Assembly (NCBI RefSeq): GCF_009834535.1 | Contig: NC_045697.1 | Location: forward strand, 12,154,001 to 12,218,000 | Length of the DNA: 64,000 bases | Reading direction: 5' to 3' | From: Camelus ferus | Taxonomy: Eukaryota | Part shown: positions 26,871 to 40,916 of the stretch, in pieces | Layout: each line of letters opens with the position of its first letter | How positions within the stretch are numbered: position 1 is the stretch's first letter | Position numbers and translations under genes: made by a program | The notes under the pieces: generated by a model | What the model was told of the DNA's origin: nothing | What the model saw: the letters and a program-made list of their open reading frames with translations, nothing else | Databases searched by the model: none

Positions 26871-27234
26871 TGTCTTAGTCTATTCAGGCTGTTATAACAA
26901 AATACCAGAGACTGAGTGGCTTATAAAAATCAAACATTTATTTCTCACAGTTCTGCCGGCTGGAATTCTAAGACCAGGCTGCTAGCACAGTCAGACTCTG
27001 GTGAAGGCTCTCTTTCAGGTTACAGAATGCCAGCTTCTCCATGTGTCCTCACATAGTGAAGGGGGCAAGCTATCTCTCTGGGGCCTCTTTTATAAAGACA
27101 CTAATCCCATTCATGAGAGTTCCACCTTCATGGCCTAATCACTTCCTGAAAGTCCCACCTGCAAATATCACCACTTTGGCCATTAAGTTTCGACCTAGCA
27201 ATTTTGGAGAGACACAAATATTTAGGTCACAGCA
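26871..27234 (-). mobile_element. MaLR solo LTR (MLT1A-like)
   Basis: Begins tgtcttagtctattcaggctgttataacaaaatacc, ends cacagca; 5-bp TSD acact (26866-26870 / 27235-27239). Confidence 0.85.
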
Positions 27235-28413
27235 ACACTTTAATTTCATGGCCTGAGGTTCCTTGATTACCTCAGGGTACAGATCTGTTAGAAGGCCAGT
27301 TTGTGACATGTTCAATCTCAGGTATTTTTCTCCTTTACTTTTTCCTTTTCCTGCTCTGATCAACAGGTAACCTCCTCCTGGGACTTCAGGGGAAAAGGAC
27401 ATTTAGGCCTGGTTGCTTTTACCCTGAAGGCAAGGCCTTCTGAAGTCCAGCTTAATTTCTATAGATATCCTATAAGGGTATCTACCTTGGACAAGCCCGA
27501 GGATTTGAATTCTGATCCTCTTCCCTAGTTGGCCAGGAAAGCACAAATATGACAAATGACCTCAAGCTTAAACAGCTTTTCACCCCTTATTTTCTTCTTA
27601 TCACTAACATTAACCTAGGTATTCCCAATTATCTTTGCAGCTCTTAAAAAAAAAAAAAAAGTTTTACTCAAGCATTTTTCATACTTTGCAACATAAGGAT
27701 TGATCTAGATAACTCAGATCACCCTTACCAAAAACCAAAATTCCTAGTTCAGTCTGACTATAATACAGAGTTCATTTATATAGATACATGCAGTTTATCC
27801 ATTTCTCTATTGAGAGCTGTGTGACTTTTCACTTTTTTTGTTATTACAAACAGAGCTGCATCAAAAATCCTCATAAATGTGTCTTCCTGTCCAAGTGTTA
27901 GAGCTTCTTTTGGGTAGAAGTCTCTAAGTGGAACTACTTGGCCCTAAGGTATGACCATTCTCAACTTTACTAGATATTGCATTATATGGTTAAAGATCTT
28001 AAGATTTTATCAGCTATGTTTAAGAGTTCCTGTTTTCCCCAAATACTCACCAACTTGGTATTATCAGGCTTTATATTTGTCAAACACATGAACATAAAAT
28101 CACTTACCATTTTAATTTGCAGTTCCCTAATTATTACTAAAAGTTAGCATATATTGAAATGTTATTTACAGATTGTCCTTTTGCCAATTTTCAATTGGAC
28201 TGTTGGTTTTTCAAAAAAAAAAATCAAATCAGTTTTATGTATTCTGGATAATAATTACCAATTTCATAAATTGCACACCCCCCACCCCAGTTATGGCTTA
28301 ACTTTTCATTCTGTTCTCTCAAAACAGAAGTTTTGTGGGGGTTTTCTGAAGTATAGTTGATCTGCAATATTTTTTTCATAGTTTTTTTTTTTTTTGCTTT
28401 GTGTTGCTTTTTT

Positions 28414-28536
28414 GTTTGTCTTTTATGGGGCAGGGATTAGATTTATTTATTATTTAAAATGAGGTACTCGGAATTGAACCCAGAACCTTGTGCATGCTAA
28501 TTATGCACTCTGTCACTGAGCTATACACCCTCCACC
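28414..28536 (-). mobile_element. vic-1-like SINE
   Basis: Reverse complement reads ggagggtgtatagctcagtgacagagtgcat...ggttctgggttcaattcc; degenerate TSD tgctttgtSttg. Confidence 0.8.
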
Positions 28537-28829
28537 TGCTTTGTCTTGTTTTTATGTAGCATAGACAAACTTTTTTTTTGTATTTTGTGCTATGGTTTGT
28601 ACATTTTCTTGTATAAGAAAAATTTTGAAAGATAATTATTTTTATGAGTATGCATAAAATTTTGAACTTTTGCTATATGTAGTTCTTTAATCCACCAGAA
28701 TTCATTTTTATGAACAGTCTAATATAGAACTACAATTTTATCCCAAGCACCATTCCATCTCAATTGATTAGTAAGGCTACTTTCATGTCCCATGAAATCA
28801 CAGAATGTAAGTCTGGATTTTTAAAATTA

Positions 28830-29730
28830 ATATTTTATTGAGGTATAATTTCCTACCATAAAATTCACTCATTGTAAGTACATAATTCAATGATTTTAAT
28901 ATATATTGTACAGAGATGTACAGTCATCACCACATCTAATGTTAGAACATTCCATCACCTCCAAAAGAAAACTTGTACCCATTTAGAGTCTCCTCATTCC
29001 TACCCCCAGCCCCAGGTACAAATCAATCTACTTCTTATCTCTGTAAGTTTGCGTTTTCTGGTTATTTCAAATAAATAAAATCATATAATACGTGCTATTT
29101 AGTATCTGTCTTCTTCCACTAAGTATAACGTCTTTGAGGTTCATCTATGTTGTAGCATGTAGTTGTATGTCACCACATTTATACATCCATTTGACAACTG
29201 ATGGAACTTTGGGTTGTAAACAGCAGAAGACATACATTTTCATTTCTATTGGGAAGGCACATAGAAATGAAATTTCTGGATCCATATGATATTTCTATGT
29301 TTAACATTTTAAGAAACTGCCAAACTGTTTTCCAAAGTAGTTGGACCATTTTATACTCCCACCAGCAATTTCTCTACAGTTTTACCAACACTTGTCTTTT
29401 CAATTATAGCCATTTTAGTTAGTATGAAGTGGTATCTCATTTTTCTAGTGACTCATGATGTTGAACATCTTTTTATGAGCTTATCAGTAATTCATATGTT
29501 CTTCAGTTAAATGTCTACTCAAATGCTTTGCTTATTTTTTAATTGAGTTATTTATCTTTTCATTACTGAGCTGTAAAAGTTCTTACAGATATAGGTCCCT
29601 TATCAGATATATGATCCACTTGTAAATATTTCCTACAAGTCTGTGAATTGTCTTTTCCCATTTCTGATAACGTCTATTGAAGCACAAAAAGCTTGTAACT
29701 TTGATTAGGTCCAATTTCTCAACCTTTTTT
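28830..29730 (-). mobile_element. Old L1 3' end (L1MB-like)
   Basis: tttattgaggtataattt...aaaattcactc; aagaaactgccaaactgttttccaaagt. Confidence 0.8.
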
Positions 29731-30179
29731 TGGTGGATCTGTTTTTAGGCCCTTCAATGATCTGTTTGTCTACTCCTAAGTGAATACCACAATATGTTAA
29801 AGGTTACCATTTTATGATTTTTTAAAAATATTCAATACCACCGAATGATTTTCTTAACTAAGGTCTATCATATCATTTATTGGAGTTATTCTTTCTTACT
29901 TTATAGTTTTTATGGTCAACTAAAAATGTTAACTTAAAAAAAAAAACTCATTTCCTTTTGATGTACATAGATGTGGCCAATTTCTATCCAGTAAATTTGC
30001 TCAGCTCATCTAACAGTTTTAATAATTTATCTATAGATTCTCTTACATTTTTATATACAAACATCTGAGGAAAACTACAATTGTAATTTTAAGTCATTGT
30101 GCTTTTTTACCCCTTAATTTTATTGTTTTGGCTAAGGCCTCCAGTTACTGTTGAACAGAACTGGTAATACCCTAAATAA

Positions 30180-32360
30180 CACACAAGAAGAAAGAGAAGA
30201 ATTATAACACACTTCACATCCAAAACTATGCAAGCCAGAAGACAATGCAGTGTCACCTTTAGAGTGCTGAAACTGTCAACCCAGAATTCTATACACAGCA
30301 AAAATATGTTTCAAAAATAAAGGTGAAATAAAGACACTTTTGACAAACAAAAACTGAAAAATAATCGGAAGAAATGTGAAAGTCTTCAGAAAAAAGAATG
30401 TTACCACCCAGACATTTGGATCTACACAAAGAAATGACGATTCCCTCAAAATGGTTAAGATGAAAGGAAATATAAAAGATATTTTCCCATTTAGGGGGAC
30501 CTAATCAAACACACCAAAGGAAACCACACACAAAACGAAAAGACAATCTATGGAATGGGAAAAAATAATTGCCAATACTGCAAATAACAGGGACTTATCT
30601 TCCAAAATATATAAAAAACAGCTCATACAATTCAAAATCAAAAAAAACCACAAACAACTCAATCAAAAAATAAGCAAAAATTAGAGAAATGCAAATCAAA
30701 ACTACAGTAAGGTGTATCACTTCACCCCAGTAAGAATGTCCATAGTTTAAAAGCCTACAAATAAATGCTGGAAAGGATGTGAAGAAAAAGAAACCTTCCT
30801 ACACTGCTGGTGGCAACGTAAATCAATGCAACCATTATGAAGAACAGTATGGAGGTTCCTTAAAAAACTAAAAACAGGGTTGCCATAAGATCCAGCAATC
30901 CTAGTCCTGGGCATATATCTGGAGAAGACTCTTAATTCAAAAAGATACATGCACCCCAATGTTCACAGCAGCACTATTTACAACAGCCAAGATATGAAAG
31001 CAATCTAAATGTCCATGGACAGATGAATGAATAAAGAAGATGCAGTATATATACACACAATGGAATATTACTCAGCCATAAAAAGAGATGAAACAATACC
31101 ATTTGCAGCAACATGGATGGATCTAGAGATTCCCCATACTAAGTGAAGTAAGTTAGACAGAGACAAATATCTTATGGTAACACTTTTATCTTCAAAAAAG
31201 ATACAAATGAACTTATTTACAAACCAGAAACTGACTCATAGACATAGAAAACAAACTATAGATACAAAAGGGGAAAGAGGAGTGGGCAGGGATAAATCAG
31301 GAGTCTGAGATTAATAGATACACACTAACATATAGAAAATAGATAAACAACAAGGATTTACTGTATAGCATAGGGAGCTAGATTCAGTACCTTATAATAA
31401 CCTGTAATGGAAAAAAATCTGAAAAAGAACATATATGTGTATCTGAATCACTTTGCTGTACACTTGAAATTAACATAATATTGTAAATCAACTATACTTC
31501 AAAGAAAAGAATTTGTATCTAGACAATATAAAGAACTTTTAAGAAAACAAGCCACTCAAAATTTTTTACTGGGTAAAAGATTTAAACAGATACATTACCA
31601 AAAAGACAAATGGATAGCAAACTAGCATATGAAGAGGTACTCAACATCATTCACCATTGATACGCAAATTAAAATCTCAGCAGAATTCACTACATACCTA
31701 TTAGAATGACTAAAAAGAAACTGCTAATACCACATGCTGGTAAGGATACACAGCAACTGGATTTCTCACAAATTATACAGAGGAATGCAAAGTAGCGCAA
31801 CAACTTTGAAAAACAGTTTGACAATTTCTAATAAGCTAAACACATACTACTACATGATCCAATAATCCCACTCCAAGATATTTATCCAACAGAAACGAAA
31901 ACTACATTTATACAAAAATCTATTCACAAATGTTCATAGAGTTTCATTCACAATTACCCCAAACTGGAAATAACCCAATGTTCTTCAACTGTTGAATGGA
32001 TAAACTATGATATAAGAAAATACTACTCAACAAAAGGAACAAACTACTGATAAGTGCAACAACACAGATATATCTTAAATGCATATTGTTAAGTGAAGGA
32101 AGCCAGTATCAATAGTACATACTGTATGATTCCATTTACATAATACTCTGGAAAAAGCAAAACTATAGGGTCAAATATCAAATCAATGGTTGCTAGTGCT
32201 TGGGTATGGATAAGGCAATGACTACCAAAGAGCATAAAAGAACTTTGAGGGATGGTGGAACTGTGTATATCTTGATTGTTGAGGAGTTAGTTATCCAATT
32301 GTTAGCGTGTCAGAACTCACAGAACTGTACTCTATAAATTATACCTTAATAAACTTCACC
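30180..32360 (+). mobile_element. L1 cluster: old ORF1 fragment, younger L1 3' end (~30495-31505), older L1 3' end (~31510-32360)
   Basis: ORF2 C-terminal and 3'UTR motifs (aaagatacatgcaccccaatgttcacagcagc; tgtaaatcaactatacttcaaa; ttataccttaataaa). Confidence 0.85.
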
Positions 32361-34199
32361 AAAAATATTTTTAATATGGTGTAAGAGATGGTTTTTGAAG
32401 CAGAGAAAGGTGAAGGTATTTATTAAGAACTAGAACTATGAGGTTAGACAGCTTGATGGATTATCTTTAAGGAAATAAAGTCAAATGAATGATGTCAGAG
32501 TTTAGAGTAAAGATGGAAAACTGAAAATTAGATGTCACAGTCATCAATGAGCGTGGAAAGGTAACTCAGCTTTCTGCTTGCTTGTGGCATATTAAAAACC
32601 CCATGATTTTCAAAAACAAAGACCCGTTTGTACAGAAATAGAATAATGATTCGAAAAAGTATGACAGAAGCACACACAGAAAAACTATGCTCAAAAAAGC
32701 TTTTCAGACAGAAAGGATGAGACAGCAAATATAAGGACAATGTGATGTGTTCATATGAAAATGATTTTATAGGAGAGTTCATCAGATGACCCTAATGCCT
32801 TCCCTGATAGGCAAAATCAACTTCCATACTATAGTCAATCCTCTATTCTAGTTATGTATTCTTAACCTGTCTCAACACTATTCCCCAAACACTGTTCATT
32901 CCTTTTTCTTTGCTTCTACTTCTTGTTCTTTTCCATTCCTTCTTTTGTCTACTTAAACCTAGGTCTTCTAAGAAAGTATCCCTAATTAAACCATTCCTCA
33001 TTAATATCTACGTGTCTTTAAATGCCTGTTGTACTTATTTGTGCCACACAATTTAAATATCTAAGATATATCAATGAAGCCTTTCCAACCCAAGTCAAGT
33101 GTAGTTAAACTACAGAAAACTGGGGTTCTGGTAGTCCTTCCTTTTAAATTTGAATATCTGAAATCAGAAATACCTTGAGAAATCTACTGTTTCCATAAGC
33201 TATAAAGTGGCACTCTAATATTTAGCATCTTTTCCTATCCCATGATAGCCTCATATTGTTGGATAGATTAACAAACCCCAAAACAAATGGAAACCAAAAC
33301 AAAAAACCTACCTCTTTTTAGAAGATGCATCCAGATCTTTAGTTTGGAAAATATAACCACCAAATCTATTACAAATAGGCAAGGAGAATGTGTGTTTCCC
33401 AGAAGAAGAGACAAGCCCTGGGCAAAAATATAAAGTCTTCCCCCCGAAAAAAAAATCACATTTTCCTTTCTTATGTTCTGCTTGGCTCACTAATATCATT
33501 TCTGAAGGTCTAAACTTAATGCTGAGTCTAATCTCTCCTCATCAGATACACATCAGAAATATATCTGAACTAATGATTACAGAAGTGAAATACGCCAAAC
33601 GATGCTGAGCGATGGGAAGTAGTGTGTAAGTAGAGTAGAGGTAAAACTCGCTGATGAGCAACCATATTATAAACGTGAGTGAGGGTAGGTAATCATACTG
33701 ATGCTTTCTACATTCCCCACTCTGCTCATGATAACGCTATTTATTAAAGTCAACCTAATAGCTACAAATTTAATACTATATTTTTATAATGAAAACACAT
33801 CTGATAACAATGCTTTTCTGCTTATAAATTTACCTTCAGACAAACTGATTCGCTAGATTCAATTCTGTTTTAAAATCTAATTACATGTATGCAATTATCA
33901 TTCAAGTAGCAAATCTGAGAACTCTGACCTACGTAACATACAAACTATCTTTTTCTAAGGTCATAGTTATTTAATGAAGTGCTTCTTCAGTCAGTACTCA
34001 GATGACAGATCCATTTAAGTACCTTCATTTCTATGGTGGTAAATACATGCACCATATTTAGTATAAAACTATATTGAGTAAAACTTTAATTTATACAAAA
34101 TTTCAATATTTTGTATCTGTTAGAATCTTGATTTCAAACACTGACTCCTGAATTTAAATGCAATAAACATTAAGGCAAAAGGTGAGAGTTCAGACTTTG

Positions 34200-35160
34200 G
34201 AGTTAGAGGAAACAAGAAAAGGTGGTGTCAGGGAAGGTTTTTCTGAAATGAGAACACCCAAACTGAGTCTTAATGGAAGAATGATAGTTAGCTAGGTAAA
34301 ACAAGGAAGGGCACATTACACATTTAGCAAAGGAGAGCAGCATGCATAAAGAAACAGGGAAAAGAAAGCTTAATATGGTCAAGAAAGCACTACCCAACAG
34401 AACTCTGTGCAATGATAGAAATGTTCTGTACTTGAGCTATCCAACACAGGAAATGAGGTTTAACAGGTTTAAATTTTATTAAGTTTTAATTAACTTAAAC
34501 AGCATGTCTAGAAATTGAAGAAGTATGGGGTAAATAAAGAATGTGATGTGAAAGGAGGGCAACATGAAAGGCTGGAGAGATGCACACGACATGGATCCCG
34601 AAGGGCACAGCACATTCTGCCAAGTAGTTAATTTTTAGCCTGAAAGCCTGAAAGAGCGATGGTAGGACTTTAAGTAGTCAAGAGACAGGATTAGCTTTGC
34701 ATTCAGAAAAAATCACTCAAGCAGCAAGTGGCACATAGACCAAAATGCGCAAAGTTGAAGAAAGCTAGAATGCTTAGAAAACTTGCAGAAATACAGCATA
34801 GAGAAAACAAGAACATAAATCTAGGAAGAAATTTACCTAAGAAAAAGAGAATGGCTTTGAGCCGTATAATACAATTAAATGGAAAAATAATTAAGTAGTG
34901 ACACAGTTTCATTATCTTAAGGTGAAAGTGAGAGGAGTAAAGATTTCTGGCTTGAGAAACTGAGTGAACAAACGTTCACTGAGATAGAAAATCCATGAAG
35001 TGTTTTTTTTTGTTTGTTTATCTCAAATGATTAGTAGATATAAATGGAGTTCACTTTTGGATATGTTAACTTGGACATGCAGACATAAATTAAACAAAAA
35101 CATCCGGAGGTAGAAACACAGACTTAGAGATCACCAGCACACAGATGGAATATGGAGTCT
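34200..35160 (-). mobile_element. L2 remnant with a MER3-like fragment (~34390-34450)
   Basis: Purine-rich L2 body text; aactctgtgcaatgatagaaatgttctgta resembles MER3. Confidence 0.55.
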
Positions 35161-35522
35161 CATTTTCTAGTTAATTAAAACAGGCTTTCATCAAGTATCA
35201 GAATCCAAATATTTTTAAACTACCATTTAAAAGTTTTTTTCTACTTTAACTGTTGATACTGTAATGACATTGTTTTTACTACAAATGTTTGGTATTTCAA
35301 CATATAAAAGAAGAAAAGTTAGTATGTCATCTGGGACCATGCTACTCCTCAAACTCCACCCCTGCCAACACCCAACCCTAAAAAAAAGGCACACCCCAAC
35401 TCAGGCATTCATACAAAGCTGTTCCTTCAGCCTACAATACATTCTGACCCACATTCTTGTCCCCAAAACATGTCTAGATAACTCCTAATTATTCCTAAAG
35501 TCTTGGTTTTAAAAAATCACTG

Positions 35523-36765
35523 AAATCCTAACATTCCTAGAAGAAAACATAGGGGGAAAGCTCCTTGACATTGGTCTTGGCCATACTTTTTTGGATATGA
35601 TATTAGAAGCAAAGGCAACAAATGTAAAAATAAACATGTGGGACTACATCAAACTAAAAAACTTCTGCACAGCAACAGAAACCAACAAAATGAAAAGCCC
35701 ACCTCTGAAAAAAATTGCAAACCATGTACCTGATAAAAGGTTAATACCCAAAATATATAAAAAAAAACTCATGTAACTCGAAAGCAAAGAGCAAAACAAT
35801 CTGATTTTAAAATGGGCAGAGAAACTGAATATACATTTTTCCAAAGGAGATAGACAAATGGCTAACAGGTTCATGAAAGGTGTTCAACATCACTAATCAT
35901 CATGGAAATGTAAATCAAAATCGTAGTGAGATATCATCTCACACCTGTTATAATGGCTATCATCAAACACACAAGAGGTAAGTACTGGGGAAGGTGTGGA
36001 AAAAAGGGCACCCTTGTGCAATGTTGGTGGGAATGTAAATCAGTGCAGCCACTACGGAAAACAGTATGGAGGGTCCTCAAAAAATTAAAAATAGAACTAC
36101 CATATGAGCCAGCAATTTCACTTCTCAATATATATCCCAAGGAAACGAAATCACTATCTTGAAGGGATATCTGCACCCGCATGTTCGTTGCAGCATTATT
36201 TACAAGAGCCAAGGCATGGAAACAAGCTAAGTGCCCATCAGTGGATGAAAAAGAGGATGTGATATATACAGACAATGGAATATTATTCAGCCATGAGAAA
36301 GGAGGAAATCCAGTCATTTGCAACAACATGGCTGAATCCAGAGGGCATTATGCTAAGTGAGATAAGCCAGACAAAAACAAGTACCTATGATCTCACTTAT
36401 ACGTGGAATCTGAAACTCACAGAAACAGAGGGTAGAATGGTGGTTACCAGTGTGTTAGGGGAGATGGGGAGATGCTAGTCAAAGAGTATAAGCCTTCCAT
36501 TTTAAGATGAATAAGTTCTGGAGATCTAATGTACACCATGGTGATTATAGTTAGTAATATTGTTACTTAAAATTTGCTAGGAAAGTAGATTGTAGACTCT
36601 CTCCTTACGCACACACACAAAAGTAACTTTGTGAGGTGACAGATGTATTAATTAACCTGATTGTGGTAATCACTGCACAAAGTATACATATGTCAAATCA
36701 TCATACTGTATACTTTAAATATATGTACTTTTTGTCCATTATACCTCAATAAAGCTGGGGGGAAA
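35523..36765 (+). mobile_element. 5'-truncated L1 (L1MA-like 3' end)
   Basis: ORF2 C-terminal peptides (WDYIKLKNFCTA, MRYHLTP, MEYYSA); 3' end tacctcaataaagctgggg; flanking direct repeat aatcactg. Confidence 0.9.
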
Positions 36766-37624
36766 AGGAATCACTGCCTCAAATTTAAAACTTCAGCTAA
36801 TCTAATCTAGCTTTGGACTAGATTAGACCCATTGTTACATGCTCTCTATTATATAATACTCTCTTTGGAGCACCTATCACAATTCTAATTAATCACATGT
36901 AATTTTTGTAATGTCTCTTTCCAACTAATCAATTATTTATTTAACAAGTATTTACAAGTCTACCATATGTTCCAGAAGCTGGAGGTACATCAGTGAGTAA
37001 GAAGAGACAAGAATTCTGCCCTCAACCCAAATCTGGGGAAGATGAGTGATAGGAAAAACAAAATCACACAAACAAATCTTTATTTGGTATTTTTATTTGA
37101 TAAGCAACACAAATTTTTATAAGCTCCAAGAAGGAAAGCATCATGTCATCTTGCCTGCTATGAGAGCCTTAGTGTCTGGCCCATATAAGACATTCAAACA
37201 TTTGCTGAATAAATGTTTGAGAGAAAAATTTCACTCTGAGATCAAAGATATTCATTCTCAGAACAATTTTTAAAACACAGCCCAATCTGTAAGTTAAAAA
37301 CTTATCTTTCTTCACAAAATATATTTCTAAAATTTACAGCCATTTATTTTACATGCTACCTTGTTCTAAGAAGAACCCATATTTATGCCTTGCTTAGTTT
37401 AGTGCTTTTTCTATTTTTTTAGACTTGAAGGCACTTTAGTTTCAGTGTAACCATTGCCTCTTAAGTTTCTTAAGTTGTTTCTTACTATTCTGTTCTTTCT
37501 GAAGCATATGTCAAATGTATTTTCTATATGATTTAAGGATTATGATGACTCTCTTAATAAAAATGTCTCTATTATAAGGCTCTGAAGTCTCTCTAACCCT
37601 CTAACATGAGCATATAAATGAAAC

Positions 37625-37735
37625 TACTGGTATCTACTGGTAATTAAGGATGCTGCTAAACACCTTGCAATGCACAGGACAACTCCCCACAACAAAGGAA
37701 TGTCCAGCCCAAAATGTCAACAGTGCCAATGCTGG
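37625..37735 (+). mobile_element. MER20 (hAT-Charlie) fragment
   Basis: gatgctgctaaacaccttgcaatgcacaggaca...ccagcccaaaatgtcaacagtgcc. Confidence 0.8.
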
Positions 37736-38190
37736 TTTGAAAGTCAGCCTTAAGGTAACTGAGTCCACATATCTCAATAGACAGTAAAAGACAAAAACCC
37801 AAAATACTTTAATTATCTATGTCTTTCTCTAATTTACATTTATGTAACAAATGGAAACCAAACTAGTCATAAGGAATTACTGACGAATAAGCACATGTAT
37901 AAGATAGATGCTAATCTTGTTCAAGACTTAAATATAGTTTATTTGATACTAGAATAATTATTTCACTGTATTCAAATGCTTCTTAGTCATTGTTGAAAAA
38001 ATTGGTCTCATACTCTCATTAAGAGCTGAGAGTATTCCCTGATTTTTATATCTAATATGAGTCTGTTTTGCTCTCTCATAAAATACAGGATGATGATGGA
38101 TATGAAGTTATCAAATTTGCCACAATACAAGCCATGTGATCTTGCACAAATGACATACTCTCTTTGAATCACTAACCCTTCTTCTATAAG

Positions 38191-38321
38191 CACTTCATAT
38201 GTTGAAGATTTAATTATTGTCTTCAAACACTTAATAAAACGCATATATTGGAATATTATCAACACTTTATATGCTGAAGACTTGATTATTGTCCTCAAAT
38301 GTTTAATAAAACACATATATT
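38191..38321. repeat. Two-copy tandem duplication, period 72 bp
   Basis: cacttcatatgttgaagatttaattattgtcttcaaa... (38191) versus cactttatatgctgaagacttgattattgtcctcaaa... (38263). Confidence 0.9.
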
Positions 38322-40790
38322 CCAGATCCAGAGCTAATCTCTATGGCATTTCACAGTAAAATGTAATAAAACAATAAATAAGTGATAGACATTATCAGAA
38401 ACTGGAAATACACAATTCAGGTATTTGAACTAGATTTTACCCCTACCTGAGTAAATTTTACTCCTACACAGGCACAAATTCAGGAAACACATTTGACAAG
38501 GCTCTGTCCATATTATTTCCCTTTATCTTTTATTAAGTTTGCAAGTCACCCTTATAAAGTTTAAATACCAAATATTCATATTTTACAGTACTGATAATGT
38601 CTCATTTCAAGCCCACCTAACTGATAAAACAACTAGATTTATATACAAATGAAAAGAGAAAATAGGAGATAATAATATGCTTTAGGAAGAAAGTTAATAA
38701 TTTAAATAGAAGATCTGCTGAACATTTAAAATAAACAGACACAGAAAAACTCAATGTGCAACTCCATGAAAGACACCTAGTACATAAAAAAACATATCTG
38801 ACTCTACCACTGAAGTAACTTATAAAAAGTAGATTATGAACTCTTTATAGAGACTCACAGCAAGAGAAAAATATATCTCCAGGATGGAGGAAAGGGGGGA
38901 ATGGGTCTGGTAAAAGATAAATGAGAATTTCTATTTTCATTCGTCATGCTTTATTTCTAAAAATGAAGGTATTTGAATATACATTACTCTGTAAATTTTT
39001 TTGATATTGCAATCACTGTTCTAATCAACTTTCACCATTTAAAAAACCAGACAATTACAATAATTCTCCTTAAAACTTTTCAATGGGTATCTACTGCTTA
39101 CAGAATGAATTATAAATATTCTAGGATAGCATATGGAGCTTCTCTGATCTAGCCCCTGCATATTCTCCAACCTCATTTTATACAACTCTGTCATATTTAA
39201 ATTACATGCCACTTAGAAGAACTAACACATTAGATTATTTACAAATCTGAGCTTTTGTACATGTTGTCTGTCTAAAATGCTTTTCTCCCATCTTTGTTCA
39301 CCTCTCAAGTGTCCTGTCTTCCAAACTAACCTAAAACATTTTCTTCCAATCTCACAACTAGCTGAGTAATTAACCATATTAAGCAGCAGTTTGTTCATGT
39401 GCAAAATACAAAGATTTGATATACAACAATACTGTCCAAATGGTATCACAGAGACTTTTCCAATCTTACTTGTCAGAATTCACTGGTACCAGCACCACAT
39501 TCTTCAAGAATATTCACATCCTAACTTGAGACTTTTTTTTTTTCTCATTGAGGAAAAGGAGTTAGACTGTTTAGCAACTTGACAACAGGGACAACATTAC
39601 TACCTTTGTTTAACCTCAGGATCTGTCAAAGTGATTTACCTAATAAATGTAGCTGAATTCGCCTAATAAATGCAGCCAACAGAGGATGTGGCTGAAGGGA
39701 GAGGGGGATCATCTATGCTTAATAACACAATGTTTTTTCAATAAAGAGGTAGAGAGTTTTTAAATAATAAGAAAGATGACTAACGTAAAAATGGGCATTT
39801 GTGGCGAATACAGTGTTTCAGAGAAGACTAAAATAGGTGACAAAGTCTTCAAAAAAAATTTTTGTTAAACTTCTAATGAACACCTGCCTTAAGGTCATAG
39901 TTTAATGGGGAAAAAAGACAAACAGCAGACAAGCTCAATAATCATTATATAGGATGCCTGAGATGAGCAAGAAGAGAGAACTAATTAAAGCCTAAGAGAA
40001 AGTGAGAGAAGATGGTAGAAGGTACATTATCTTCAGTATTTAATTTGGGGAAGGGTGTTAGTAATGGCATGGTGATCAAAGGAAAGATGAAAATTTTAAT
40101 TGCTGAGAAGACAAATTCAAGAAGAAAAAGGCTAAAAATGAAAAAAAAAACCCACTGTCAAAAATTAAGGAAATAATGCTCAAATACAAATTAAGTACAA
40201 GATAAGTAACTTGCAGAAGTAACCAGCTTTTAAGGCAAAAGACCTCAAAGGCAAAATACACTATAAACTCTGGCTTATCTCGGTGGCTTAATAACCCTAC
40301 CTGAATTCAGTGACTTAATTCTGCAAAAAGAATAGTTTTCAAAGCCACAAGGGGATAGGGACAGGGAAGACAAGTCTATGTTCCTTGAAATCTCAACTGA
40401 CTTCTGACACAGTGTATCATTCATAAAATTACTGTCTTGGCTCCAAATGTCTTTTGGCTATGTCCAAAATACACCACCACCCTCAAAGGACAAATAATAT
40501 CATTTGCCACATATAAGGTTATTAAATGTGTCACAAGTTAAAAAGAAAATTTCCAAAGATACTTTGCATGATAGAAAGTACAAAAGGGACAACACAGTGC
40601 CTGACAAATTAAGAAATTTCAACATAACTTGATAATAATCTACTTTAAAGGTAACTCTATATATTTAATTGAAGAGGATAAAACAAGGGCAGAGAGTAAT
40701 TAAGTATATATTATCCAATTTCCATTAAGTTTATGTTTGTTATTTTTTTTTAGCAATAAAAGAATGAGTATTGAAAAAAAGGTTAACTAA

Positions 40791-40916
40791 GGAAGGAGGG
40801 TATAGCTCAGTAGTAGAGTGCCTGCCTAGCATGCACAAGGTCCTGGGTCCAATCCCTAGTACCTCCATTAAAACAAACAAACAAACCAACCTAATTACAC
40901 ACCCCCCTGCCAAAAA
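40791..40916 (+). mobile_element. vic-1-like SINE
   Basis: ggagggtatagctcagtagtagagtgcctgcctagcatgcacaaggtcctgggtccaatccc, same family as the 14129 copy. Confidence 0.87.

Noticed and set aside
38191..38321. Direct repeats as a CRISPR-like array
   Set aside because: Only two diverged copies, no spacer series, and mammalian context.
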